The translations under genes were made by a program, and so were the position numbers. A stretch of DNA of 64,000 nucleotides from Alphaproteobacteria bacterium (lineage in GTDB: Bacteria; Pseudomonadota; Alphaproteobacteria; Rs-D84), in NCBI GenBank assembly GCA_017451625.1, contig JAFTNY010000004.1, positions 2,877 to 66,876 of the forward strand, written 5' to 3'. Every line of letters starts with the position of its first letter. Position 1 is the first letter of the stretch. Below, in pieces: positions 1 to 9,325 of this stretch. The notes under the pieces are model-generated. The model was not told where the DNA came from. It ran no database searches and saw only the letters and a program-made list of their open reading frames with translations.

Positions 1-56
1 GATTTTGCAGACATCGGCAGAAAAGAAAACAGGATTGGAATCAATAAGGATGACAC

Positions 57-2567
57 TTGGTATCAAATAAAAACATTTTTTGTGCGACTAATCCGGCGCG
101 TATTGCAGATGCGTTGTGGCAGGTGATGGTGGATTCACAGGTTGATGTGGCGGATATGCTGATATTCCTGCCCAGTCGGCGCGCATTAAGAACGGTCGAG
201 AAAATGATTGCCGCAAAGTCGGGTGGGGTCGCATTCTTGCCGACGTTGGTTGCGCTGGGCGAAGGGGTGGATGATGACGAAGAACAGTCGGATGCCCCAG
301 ATGTTATTTCAAATACAGAACGGGTGGTATTGCTGGCTAAATTATTGGCCGCAGTGGGCAGTATTGGTAATCTGGGGACTGCGTTGCCGATTGCGCATGA
401 TTTGGTGCGGGTTCAGGACTATTTAGAAAACGAAGGGATTGATGCGGCGACGATTGATTGGGGGGCGTTGGTTGATGAAAAATATGCGGCACACTTTCAA
501 AGCAAGGCAGAAATTTTAAATATATTGTCTGGGTTTATGGCGCAGTATGCCAATGGGCGAATTACAGCGGCGGCGGCGAAAAATCGTGATATTCGCGCGT
601 GGAAGGATGTGTTGAATAAATATAAATTGGTGATTGTCTGTGCATCGACGGCCAGTGTGCCAGCCACCGCAGATCTGATGTGTGAAATTGCCCAGTTGCC
701 GTATGGGCGAATTATTCTGTCGGGTAAAATTGGGGGCATGGTTGCAGACTTTGAATTAAATACGCATCCGTATAATTCAGAGCATAAATTTTTGATGCGA
801 CTGGGGCTGACGGCGGATGATGTTATTCCGATTGATGTTGGGTCGTCGGCAATCGATTTTATGAATGTTGCGTTTAGTAATGCAGGACAGGTTGGTGCGA
901 TTAATACGGATCTGATGCATTGTCATTTAATTGAATGTGGTCGCGAAGCGGTAGAAGCCGCCGTTGTTGCAGAAATTGCAGTGCGCAGTGTGGCAGAAAA
1001 TAAATCGGTGTTGGTTGTGACACCTGATGCGGCCGGAAACCAGCGTATCAGGGCCGCGTTTAATACACGTGGACTGGTGGCGGATTTTTCGGGGGCAATG
1101 TCGGGGGCAGGGACACCGGCGGGACGTGCGATATTAAACCTGATGGATGAATGGATTGAAAAACGTTCGACTGCGTTTGATGATTTATATGCGGCATGTA
1201 ATAATAATCTGTTTGATACAGTTGCAGAAATGGTTGAGCAATATGCAGATTCATTCGCCCCCCAGTGCAATATAGATGACCCAGACAGCAAGAAAATTTG
1301 GACGGCAATCAAGGAAACGTCGAATGCGCTGGGGGCGGCGGATGTGGTGCTAAAAGTGGCGGATGCGCGCGCGTTTGTAGCGGATGCGGTCAGTGGTGTG
1401 TCTGTGCGTGCGCCAATGAATGATGGGGCCGATGTAGTCGTGCTGGGGACGATTGAATCACGTATGCAGACGGCAGATGTCGTGATTCTGACAGGACTGA
1501 ACGAAGGGATGTTTCCGGCGCGCGGTTATGAAAATGCATGGTTGCCACGCAAGACGGCGGATGAAATTGGATTGCCGTCGCCAGATAGAAAGGTGTCTTT
1601 GCAGGCGTTGGACTTTATGAATTTATCCTGTGGGGCGCAGGTGTATTGGGTGCGTTCGACGGTGTCTGGTGGGGTGCAGACCGCGGAATCGCGATTCTTG
1701 TCGCGGGTGGTGGCACGACGCGGACAATTTCACAAGGAAACAGAAATTTTAGATTCGGTCTTGGCACGCGATAGCAGTGTTAAACCATGTTCGTTGGACT
1801 ATTCAACGCCAACGCCACCGGCGGACTGGTCCGATGTTTATGTGACAGAACTGGAATCATTAATTCATAATCCATATGCGTTCTATGTGCGGCATATTTT
1901 GCGGTTGCGTGTTTTGGATGACTATTGGATTGGACCAGATGCACGTGATTTTGGAAACTTGGTTCATGATGTGGCAGAAAAGGCAACAGATTTTCGACCA
2001 GAATATTTGTTGGCGCAAATGCGCACAAGGGCATCAGAAAAATTAGGCGAGAGCAGTGTTCTGTATCGTTTCTGGGATAAACGATTCCAAGAAATTGCAC
2101 CGGTGTTGTCGCAGGAACTGATGGAAAATCCAGATGCACATGTGGAACAAAAGGGCTGTGTGCAGATTGCAGGACGCAACGTTTGTGCCAAGGCAGACAG
2201 ATTCTGGGATGGTGGTGTTTTAGACTTTAAAACGGGGACACCGCCATCGAAATCACAACTGGAACAGGGTAATATGCCCCAGTTGCCGTTAGAAGCCTTT
2301 ATTCTGCAACAAGGTGGATTCCCAATCCAAACGACAGAAAAATCACAAACCCCGATTATGAAATTCTTGCAAATGAAAAAGGGCAATGTGCGTGTTGTTG
2401 AATACGATGTGTCTGCCACCGCCGATATGATGCGTGCCGCCGTTGACAAGACAACCGAACTGTTTAATATGTATTCTGCCGGTGGCGCAGGGTACGAGTA
2501 TCATGAAACGTCAGATCAAAAGTATAAGGTGTATGACGATTTTGCACGTGCCACCGAGAGAAAATAA
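57..2567 (+). CDS. addB: AddB-type double-strand-break repair nuclease subunit (alphaproteobacterial AddB-like)
   Basis: 836-aa ORF with a TTG start in the track; the true start is uncertain. C-terminal PD-(D/E)XK-like motif ADRFWDGGVLDFKTGTPPS and an overall AddB-like layout. No addA follows it. Confidence 0.6.
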   Translation: MVSNKNIFCATNPARIADALWQVMVDSQVDVADMLIFLPSRRALRTVEKMIAAKSGGVAFLPTLVALGEGVDDDEEQSDAPDVISNTERVVLLAKLLAAVGSIGNLGTALPIAHDLVRVQDYLENEGIDAATIDWGALVDEKYAAHFQSKAEILNILSGFMAQYANGRITAAAAKNRDIRAWKDVLNKYKLVIVCASTASVPATADLMCEIAQLPYGRIILSGKIGGMVADFELNTHPYNSEHKFLMRLGLTADDVIPIDVGSSAIDFMNVAFSNAGQVGAINTDLMHCHLIECGREAVEAAVVAEIAVRSVAENKSVLVVTPDAAGNQRIRAAFNTRGLVADFSGAMSGAGTPAGRAILNLMDEWIEKRSTAFDDLYAACNNNLFDTVAEMVEQYADSFAPQCNIDDPDSKKIWTAIKETSNALGAADVVLKVADARAFVADAVSGVSVRAPMNDGADVVVLGTIESRMQTADVVILTGLNEGMFPARGYENAWLPRKTADEIGLPSPDRKVSLQALDFMNLSCGAQVYWVRSTVSGGVQTAESRFLSRVVARRGQFHKETEILDSVLARDSSVKPCSLDYSTPTPPADWSDVYVTELESLIHNPYAFYVRHILRLRVLDDYWIGPDARDFGNLVHDVAEKATDFRPEYLLAQMRTRASEKLGESSVLYRFWDKRFQEIAPVLSQELMENPDAHVEQKGCVQIAGRNVCAKADRFWDGGVLDFKTGTPPSKSQLEQGNMPQLPLEAFILQQGGFPIQTTEKSQTPIMKFLQMKKGNVRVVEYDVSATADMMRAAVDKTTELFNMYSAGGAGYEYHETSDQKYKVYDDFARATERK

Positions 2568-2777
2568 AATCTAATGGTGCATCTGTGGGTGGGGCCGGCA
2601 ACTCATGTAGCGTTTGTACACTACGTTGCCGGCCCCATCCCACATCTACGCCATTATCTTTTATTTTGCGCTATGCAAGGGGTTGCGCACTTATGTAGCG
2701 TTTGTACACTACGTTGCCGCCCCCCGCCCACATCTACGCCATTATCTTTTATTTTATGCCACGCAAGGGGTGGTGTG
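2562..2777 (+). repeat. MITE/REP-like palindromic element, locus 1 (full palindrome 2562-2667 plus a second centre/right-arm unit 2668-2777)
   Basis: Arms AAATAAAATCTAATGG... and ...CCATTATCTTTTATTT. Stem 2591-2602 pairs with 2625-2636, and the conserved 22-nt centre is 2603-2624. It fills the whole gap between convergent addB and mnmE. Confidence 0.85.
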
Positions 2778-2780
2778 TTT

Positions 2781-4100
2781 TTATTTCCCTAAACACAGTT
2801 GGCCGAATGTTTTATCAAGAACCTCGGATGCGGTGATGGTACCCAGAATCTGGCCAATCGCATCGCCAGCGCGGCGTGTGTGTTCTGCGAAAATGTCATA
2901 ATTTTCACCCGATGATAATGCGTGTGATAATTCATCGCGGGCGGATTCTAATAATGATTTTGTGCGTGCGTTGATGGACAGTGCGCTTTCTGTGCCGTCC
3001 ATTATTTCGTGAATCTTGGCGCGCAATGTGGACATTAATTCATCCATGCCATCGCCGGTTTTCGCAGATACGTACAGACCGAATTCGGGGTCGCGTTCTG
3101 TTGTGGTGTCGCATTTATTTACAATGTCAATGTTTGGATTTGGGCCAATGCGGCTGATGTCAGTGCGCCATTTTGGCACGTTTTTCGGCGTATAGACGTG
3201 GATTATAATGTCTGCATTTTCAATTTCATTTTTTGTGCGTTCAATGCCAATGTTTTCGATAATGTCGTCTGTTTCACGTATGCCCGCCGTATCAGACAGG
3301 TTTATCATAAATCCGTCGATGTCCAGTGTGGTTGATACCACGTCGCGTGTTGTGCCGGCAATATCAGATACGATTGCGCGATTTGCGCCCGCCAGATAAT
3401 TAAAGATTGATGATTTCCCGACATTTGTTTCGCCGACCAATGCGATATTTATACCACCGCGAATTGCACGCGATGTGCGGTATTGTTTCAAGGCACTGTC
3501 AATTTCGTTGTATAATTTTTTTGCGTGTGCATGAACCCGATCGCCAATGTTGGCCGGCAGGTCGTCGGCGTTATAATCTAAGATTGCCGCTGCATATGCC
3601 GAAACTTCGACCATTTGATCGCGCCATGTGTTGTAAATTTTACTGTCGTGGCCCAGCATTGAACGCAGTGCATGTTTGCGTTGTACATCGGTTTGGGCAT
3701 CCAGCAGTGCGGCCAAACCATCAACGTCTGTTAAATCCATTTTATTGTTATAAAATGCGCGGCGTGAAAATTCGCCGGCCATGGCCATGCGCATGCCCAA
3801 TGTGGCTAGGTATTCAAATACTGCGTTAATTGTTGCCGGTGCGCCATGTGTGTGTAATTCAATGACATCTGTGCCGGTAAAACTGTGCGGGGCAGGGAAA
3901 TATATTGCCAAGCATTGGTCAATCAGGTCGTCCGCACGATCGCGCAAATTGCAAAAGTATGCATGGCGGGGGACAAATTCTGATTTGTTTATGAATTTTG
4001 AAAAAATGTCGCGCAGGTTGTCGCCCGATATACGGACTACCGCAACGCCGGATTTGCCATGCCCAGATGAAAGTGCAAAGATTGTATCGTTGTTATTCAT
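2781..4100 (-). CDS. mnmE: tRNA modification GTPase MnmE (TrmE)
   Basis: N-terminal MNNNDTIFALSSGHGKSGVAVVRISG, G-domain motif GETNVGKSS and C-terminal CLGK motif. Confidence 0.93.
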   Translation of the reverse strand: MNNNDTIFALSSGHGKSGVAVVRISGDNLRDIFSKFINKSEFVPRHAYFCNLRDRADDLIDQCLAIYFPAPHSFTGTDVIELHTHGAPATINAVFEYLATLGMRMAMAGEFSRRAFYNNKMDLTDVDGLAALLDAQTDVQRKHALRSMLGHDSKIYNTWRDQMVEVSAYAAAILDYNADDLPANIGDRVHAHAKKLYNEIDSALKQYRTSRAIRGGINIALVGETNVGKSSIFNYLAGANRAIVSDIAGTTRDVVSTTLDIDGFMINLSDTAGIRETDDIIENIGIERTKNEIENADIIIHVYTPKNVPKWRTDISRIGPNPNIDIVNKCDTTTERDPEFGLYVSAKTGDGMDELMSTLRAKIHEIMDGTESALSINARTKSLLESARDELSHALSSGENYDIFAEHTRRAGDAIGQILGTITASEVLDKTFGQLCLGK

Positions 4101-4103
4101 ACT

Positions 4104-4697
4104 TTATTTCCCTTTGCTGATTTCTTTTAATGCCAGTGGGACCAGTTTTGATACGTCCGCGGTTGGGTTCTGGGTTGTCAGTTTTTGTGCCATTTCGATT
4201 ATGTCCAGACGGCGATAGCCCAACGCTTCCAGTGCCATCAATAAATCAGGCAGGGCGGATGATGCAGATGTGGTCGCGCCGGCATCTGGGGCAAATAATG
4301 TTGCGGATACGCCACCGATTTTGTTCCGCAGTTCAACAATGATTTTTTCCGCCATTTTTTTGCCGACCCCTGGGGCGGTTGCGATTGTCTTGGCATCGTT
4401 TGTGGCAATCGCAGACATCAATGTGTCAGAATTTATTGTGCCAAGGATTGCCAGTGCAACCTTAGGTCCCACGCCAGATACCGTCGTTAACATGTTAAAT
4501 AAATTCTGGGCGTTCAGGGTTGAAAAACCAAACAGGCGGATAGAATCTTCGCGGACAATCGTTTCAATCCACAGTTCAACCGTTGATTTGTGTGTCAGAT
4601 ATTCAGGCGTGAATACTTTGTATCCCACACCATTTACCAATAAAATCACAAATCCGTCGCCGATATAGTCAACTATGCCTTGCAATTTGCCAATCAT
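4104..4697 (-). CDS. ruvA: Holliday junction branch-migration complex subunit RuvA
   Basis: MIGKLQGIVDYIGDGFVILLVNGVGYKV start and HhH motifs (VSGVGPKVALAIL, APGVGKKMAEKII). Confidence 0.93.
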   Translation of the reverse strand: MIGKLQGIVDYIGDGFVILLVNGVGYKVFTPEYLTHKSTVELWIETIVREDSIRLFGFSTLNAQNLFNMLTTVSGVGPKVALAILGTINSDTLMSAIATNDAKTIATAPGVGKKMAEKIIVELRNKIGGVSATLFAPDAGATTSASSALPDLLMALEALGYRRLDIIEMAQKLTTQNPTADVSKLVPLALKEISKGK

Positions 4698-4747
4698 TTG
4701 TTATCCTTTTGGGGTAATTTTAATCCAAATAAATAAAAAGGTCAAAT

Positions 4748-5464
4748 ATGAGTGGACACAGTAAATGGCATAATATTCAGCATAAAAAAGGTGCGGCCGA
4801 CGCAGCACGCAGTGGGCTGTTCACAAAACTGGCGCGCGAAATTACCATGGCGGCCAAGTTGGGTGATAAAAACCCAGATAATAATCCACGCCTGCGATTG
4901 GCAATTCTGACGGCACGCAAAAATTCTATGCCAAACGATAATATCAAACGCGCAATCGAAAAGGCATCTGGGTCAAATACTGAAAATTACGAAGCGGTAC
5001 GATATGAAGGGTATGGCCCAAATGCGGTGCCGGTTATCGTAGAAGCATTGACCGATAATCCACGTCGTACAGTGCCAGAAATTCGCAATATCTTTGCCAA
5101 AAATGGTGGAAATATGGGCGAAGAAGGCAGTGTTGTGTTTATGTTTACACGTGCAGGTCAGATTATGTACCCAGCATCCATCGGTAAAACCGAAGACGAA
5201 ATGATGGAAATTATTATGGATGCAAATGCCGACAATCTGGAAACCAGCGAAGAAGGTTTTATTATTACAACCAAACCCGAAGACTTTATCACAGTACAAA
5301 AAATCTTGGCCGATAAATTAGGTGAACCAGAACAGGCCGAACTGACCTGGTTGCCAAATATGCCAATGGATTTGGATGACGAAGCGTATGCCAAGATTGA
5401 AAAATTGGTTGATGCGCTGGATGCCAATGACGATGTGCAGAAGGTATTCACCGCCGCAGCATAA
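4748..5464 (+). CDS. YebC/PmpR family DNA-binding transcriptional regulator
   Basis: MSGHSKWHNIQHKKGAADAARSGLFTKLAREI is the canonical YebC/TACO1 N-terminus. Confidence 0.93.
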   Translation: MSGHSKWHNIQHKKGAADAARSGLFTKLAREITMAAKLGDKNPDNNPRLRLAILTARKNSMPNDNIKRAIEKASGSNTENYEAVRYEGYGPNAVPVIVEALTDNPRRTVPEIRNIFAKNGGNMGEEGSVVFMFTRAGQIMYPASIGKTEDEMMEIIMDANADNLETSEEGFIITTKPEDFITVQKILADKLGEPEQAELTWLPNMPMDLDDEAYAKIEKLVDALDANDDVQKVFTAAA

Positions 5465-5468
5465 GCAA

Positions 5469-5594
5469 AAATAAAATCTAATGGCATATCTGCATCGCAA
5501 ACCCGCCAGTTTATGTAGCGTCTGTACACTGCACTGGCGGGTTTGCGCGCATCTATACCATTATCTTTTATTTTGTGCCGTAAGGGGGGCGGGG
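5469..5594 (+). repeat. MITE/REP-like palindromic element, locus 2 (beta-type stem)
   Basis: Same arms and centre as locus 1. Stem 5497-5510 pairs with 5533-5546 and the centre is 5511-5532. It fills the gap between convergent yebC-like and ruvC. Confidence 0.85.
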
Positions 5595-6071
5595 TTAAAT
5601 TCTGAACATATTTGTGTGGGCAAGGGCGATGGCGATGGCGTCGGCCTCGTCTGCGGTTTTGGGGCGCGCCGCAGGCAACAGGATTTTTACCATTTTATCG
5701 ATTGCAGATTTGTCTGCGTGGCCGGCACCGGTTAGTGCCTTTTTAATCTTGTTTGGTTCGTATTCAAATACAGGGATATTTTTGTTCGCAACGGCCACAA
5801 TTGCGGCGGCGCGTGCATGCCCCAGCAGCAGTGTTGTCTGTGGATTTTTGTTTACAAAGGTTATTTCAATACTGCATTCGTTTGGTGAAAATGTTTCGCA
5901 CAGTTCATTGACACCGCGAAATATTATTGCCAATCGTTCAGATAGTGGTAATTTTGCCGGCGGCAGGATTACGCCACTGGCCACATATTTACGTGTTTGA
6001 CCGGCGGTATCAACAATCGCCCAGCCCGTATGTAATAACCCAGGGTCAATACCCAGTACGCGTTTTGTCAT
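5595..6071 (-). CDS. ruvC: crossover junction endodeoxyribonuclease RuvC
   Basis: VLGIDPGLLHTGWAIVD start and C-terminal ADEADAIAIALAH motif. Confidence 0.93.
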   Translation of the reverse strand: MTKRVLGIDPGLLHTGWAIVDTAGQTRKYVASGVILPPAKLPLSERLAIIFRGVNELCETFSPNECSIEITFVNKNPQTTLLLGHARAAAIVAVANKNIPVFEYEPNKIKKALTGAGHADKSAIDKMVKILLPAARPKTADEADAIAIALAHTNMFRI

Positions 6072-6397
6072 TTTCGAAAACTTATTTTACCAACGGCGTT
6101 ATAGCCAAAATATTTGTTAATCTTTTGTATTATTTCGTCTGATCGGTATGACAGTTGCAATGCGTATGCAGGGACCGTTGGTCGGATTACGATGTTAAAT
6201 GTATTGTCGCGATTTTTCTTGATTGCCGCCAATGTTGCCACAGATGCAATGTCGGGCCCCATGATTTCAGACCAACGTGCCGCCAAATCAGAATCAGATG
6301 CACGAATGCCGAATATTTTAATCAAGCCACCCAGTGCGCCCGCAATGGTTTGGGGGCGTTTGGTGCGTTCGTTAAATTGTTTATCGTGGTTTGACAT
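6068..6397 (-). CDS. DUF721 domain protein (DciA-like)
   Basis: 109 aa with the pattern LAARWSEIMGPDIASVA...FNIVIRPTVPAYALQLSY...IIQKINKYFG, typical of DUF721. A 4-nt ATGA overlap couples it to ruvC. Confidence 0.5.
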   Translation of the reverse strand: MSNHDKQFNERTKRPQTIAGALGGLIKIFGIRASDSDLAARWSEIMGPDIASVATLAAIKKNRDNTFNIVIRPTVPAYALQLSYRSDEIIQKINKYFGYNAVGKISFRK

Positions 6398-7481
6398 ATG
6401 TGTACTCTTTGGGCATTAAAATATACATTTTACCCTGTGCGTGTTGACCCTGTGCGAATTTATAGGCATCGTCCCCTTTGCCAAAGAATATGTCGGCGCG
6501 AATCCAGCCGCGAATTGCACTGCCGGTGTCTTGGGCAATCATCAGGCGACGAAATGCGCGGCCGTCAGACAGGTTGGTGTCGACGTATACCGGTAATCCC
6601 AACGTATACAGGTCGTCATCCATGGCGATACTGCGAATCTTGGACAGTGGTGTCCCCAGTTTGCCGATCACATCTGGTGGGGTGGATTCATAGAAATACA
6701 CATAGCGTGGATTTTTGTAAATAACATCGCGGGCCAGTGTTGGGTTGGCCTTGAGGTGTTGCCAGACGGCCTCGGATGAAAAGCCGCCGGCGGGACGGAT
6801 GCCGCGATTGCGTAATTCTTCGCCGATTGATTTAAACGGCATGTCATTTACGGCGGCAAAGTTTAATTTGACATCTGTGCCATCTTCTAGGCGCAGGTTG
6901 CCGGAACCCTGAATCTGAATATTTTGGACATCAACAATGTTTGCCCAATACAGGACGCGACCGATTTGTTTTTCAACAATGTCTTTTTTGGGGACACCTT
7001 TGTAATTGCGGCCGTCGGTTGGTATGCCCATCAGGGGTTCATTGCATTGGGCCGTCTTGGTGCGGCATGCCGGTATAATTGGTGAATAGTATCCGGTGTA
7101 TGTGCCACGATCACCGCCGTTGTCATTAAATATCTGGTATGGTTGAAAGTTTGATTCAAACCATGCGCGTACGGTTGCCACGTCCGCAGATGCAGATGGC
7201 AACATCCGACACTTTTCTGCGAACAGTTCACGATCAGGAATCAATCGGCCGGTATACTGAATCTTGGCACGACATGAATTGCGAAATGCCTGAAGTGCAT
7301 AGCGAACATCGTCGTCGCGCCAACCGGTTAGGTCGGAATATGATACACGCTTGAAATTAGATGGAATTACAGAGTTGTCGCCCGATACAGTTGGGGTTGA
7401 TACGTCGCAGGATGCCAATGCAAAGGCCGCAAAAATGCCCAGTAAGCCACGAAAAATCATCTTTTTTTGTAAAATTTGCAT
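6381..7481 (-). CDS. mltA: membrane-bound lytic murein transglycosylase A (lipoprotein)
   Basis: Signal peptide with lipobox ALASC. MltA-specific region, and a 3D domain ending AQDTGSAIRGWIRADIFFGKGD. Confidence 0.85.
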   Translation of the reverse strand: MQILQKKMIFRGLLGIFAAFALASCDVSTPTVSGDNSVIPSNFKRVSYSDLTGWRDDDVRYALQAFRNSCRAKIQYTGRLIPDRELFAEKCRMLPSASADVATVRAWFESNFQPYQIFNDNGGDRGTYTGYYSPIIPACRTKTAQCNEPLMGIPTDGRNYKGVPKKDIVEKQIGRVLYWANIVDVQNIQIQGSGNLRLEDGTDVKLNFAAVNDMPFKSIGEELRNRGIRPAGGFSSEAVWQHLKANPTLARDVIYKNPRYVYFYESTPPDVIGKLGTPLSKIRSIAMDDDLYTLGLPVYVDTNLSDGRAFRRLMIAQDTGSAIRGWIRADIFFGKGDDAYKFAQGQHAQGKMYILMPKEYTYVKPR

Positions 7482-7594
7482 TTTTATTCAGTCCCCCCAC
7501 TTGTAAAAACTTTTTATAATGTTATATTAACATAAAACAAGGACGCAAGTCCAGACCTTACATTCGCCAGAAAACAACGAAGGAGAAGATTACA

Positions 7595-8020
7595 ATGGCA
7601 AAATTTAATATTATTTCACAGTTCTTGAAAGACATTTCTTTCGAAAGTCCAAATGTTCCAGAATTGTTCTTTAAGAATGATAATGGTCAGGCGAAGTTGG
7701 AAATTAATATCGATATTCAGATCAAGGGTGCAGAAAATAACTTGTTCATGGTTGATTTGATTGTAAAAGTACATTCCAAGTTGGAAAATGGCGATAAGTC
7801 GATTTTCTTGATTGATTCTACGTATTCTGGGTTGGTTCAGATGGAAGAAGAAAAAGACGAAGAAAAGAAAAAGCGTACATTGCTGATTGATGTGCCGACA
7901 TTGTTGTTCCCAGCAGTACGTGCAATGATTACACGTCTGACATCGGAATCTGGGTTCCCAACATTTGCAATGCAGCCAGTTGACTTTGCACAGTTGTATG
8001 AACAGAAACAGACAAAATAA
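7595..8020 (+). CDS. secB: protein-export chaperone SecB
   Basis: FNIISQFLKDISFESPNVPE and C-terminal LLFPAVRAMITRLTSESGFP motifs. Confidence 0.92.
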   Translation: MAKFNIISQFLKDISFESPNVPELFFKNDNGQAKLEINIDIQIKGAENNLFMVDLIVKVHSKLENGDKSIFLIDSTYSGLVQMEEEKDEEKKKRTLLIDVPTLLFPAVRAMITRLTSESGFPTFAMQPVDFAQLYEQKQTK

Positions 8021-8027
8021 TGAATAG

Positions 8028-8056
8028 TCCCCCAAAAAGGGGGATTTTTATTTTTG
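8028..8056 (+). terminator. intrinsic terminator after secB
   Basis: TCCCCC-AAAAA-GGGGGA hairpin followed by TTTTTATTTTT. Confidence 0.75.
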
Positions 8057-8081
8057 CGTTTTTGTGATATAATTGACTGTC

Positions 8082-9266
8082 ATGGCGCAAGATAGATATA
8101 TTTCTGTTAATAAAAATGTTAGTGGGTTTTCGTTTGCAAATCTGGGACTGTTTACAGGTTTTGCAGACGGTATTTATAATGCGGTTTATTCGCTGGTATT
8201 GCTGGAAATTTTCAGGTCGTCGGCGGTTGTCGGGTTGTATGTGGCGCTGTATTCGGTGTTCTGCTTTGTGGTGGGGTTATTTGCAAACGAAATACTGCGT
8301 CAGTTTTCCAAGGTACGTGTTTTCTATTTTGTGATGCTGATGCTGGCGGTGTGCTATGCGATGATGAGTTTTTCAATCCTGCCGCGGACGTTTATTATTC
8401 TGGATTATACGACCGGTATTGCAATTACGCTGGTTGGGGTGTTGATTCCGCTGTTTATGTCTGATTTTTCCAAGAATATCGGTATGGCGCGACTAAATTC
8501 GCGATACCATTTGTGGTTGAATGTTGGGGCGTTGTTTGCACCGATGGTGGCGGTGGCAATCGCAAATGCATTTGGAAATCGGGCGGCGTTCTTTGCGTCT
8601 GCGGTGATTTATTTGTTGGGGTGGGGGGTATTTAAATATTTTAGAATTGTCCAAGAAGACAAACATATAAAACCAGTTAATCCGCGCAAGACGTTCAAGG
8701 CGTTGTGGAAGAATACAGTTGCGTTCTTTAAAGTAGACGGTATGTTGCGGGCATATTTGGTGAATTTTGGATATTATTCTTTGCGGGCGATGCGTGTGTT
8801 GTATGTGCCGATTTTGGTGATTGAAAATGGATTTGATAAAGATACGTTGGGCTGGGTTTTGACGTTGGGGATTATTCCGTATTTATTGTTAAGCGAAGCG
8901 ATGGGGCGTGCCGCACGTAGGTTTGGGAAAACGATTTGGTTGGTTTTGGGATTTGGGTCGTTTGCGGCGTTGTCTGCGTTGGCGACGTTTGTGACCGGTG
9001 TGCCGTTGTTGGTGATTTTTGTTGCGTGGCAGGTGTCGGGGGCGTTGATGGAATCGGTACATGATTTGTTGTTCTTTGATGGGACCAAGAAGTCGCAACA
9101 GACCAAGTATTATGGGGTGTTTCGGACCAGTTCTAATTTGCCAAATATTTTTGCGCCGATGTTGGGGGCGGCGGTTATTGCGATGTTTGGTACAACTGCG
9201 GCGGTTTGGGGTGTGACGGCGGTGGTTGGTGTGTTTAGTATTTTGGTCTTGGTTGCCAGAAAGTGA
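8082..9266 (+). CDS. MFS-type transporter
   Basis: About 12 hydrophobic segments across 394 aa. The first ATG at 8082 was chosen; the track starts at a TTG at 8073. Confidence 0.65.
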   Translation: MAQDRYISVNKNVSGFSFANLGLFTGFADGIYNAVYSLVLLEIFRSSAVVGLYVALYSVFCFVVGLFANEILRQFSKVRVFYFVMLMLAVCYAMMSFSILPRTFIILDYTTGIAITLVGVLIPLFMSDFSKNIGMARLNSRYHLWLNVGALFAPMVAVAIANAFGNRAAFFASAVIYLLGWGVFKYFRIVQEDKHIKPVNPRKTFKALWKNTVAFFKVDGMLRAYLVNFGYYSLRAMRVLYVPILVIENGFDKDTLGWVLTLGIIPYLLLSEAMGRAARRFGKTIWLVLGFGSFAALSALATFVTGVPLLVIFVAWQVSGALMESVHDLLFFDGTKKSQQTKYYGVFRTSSNLPNIFAPMLGAAVIAMFGTTAAVWGVTAVVGVFSILVLVARK

Positions 9267-9325
9267 GGACTTGCATTTTTATGTTTTTCTTTGTATGATT
9301 TTTTTGAAAATTAAAGGGGAAAATT

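Noticed and set aside
1-130. A possible 3' end of an upstream gene in frame 1 (DFADIGRKENRIGINKDDTWYQIKTFF...).
   Set aside because: The fragment is too short to recognise any family and it overlaps the proposed addB start, so it cannot be supported from this window.
2562-2667. Integron attC-site interpretation of the imperfect palindromes that follow ORFs.
   Set aside because: The genes they follow are core housekeeping genes (addB, ftsK, trxB) and not cassettes. The R/L box consensus (RYYYAAC/GTTRRRY) is not matched, and no intI is present.
2574-2901. ORFs translated from the palindromic elements, giving peptides with the recurring HLRHYLLF..A.QGV. Coordinates are 2574-2792, 2614-2901, 5481-5735, 34193-34435 and 40956-41162. 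The 5' part of the 34306 ORF is affected in the same way.
   Set aside because: The peptide similarity simply mirrors the DNA repeat. There are no Shine-Dalgarno sequences, the frames differ between copies, and the hairpin covariation argues for a nucleic-acid-level function.
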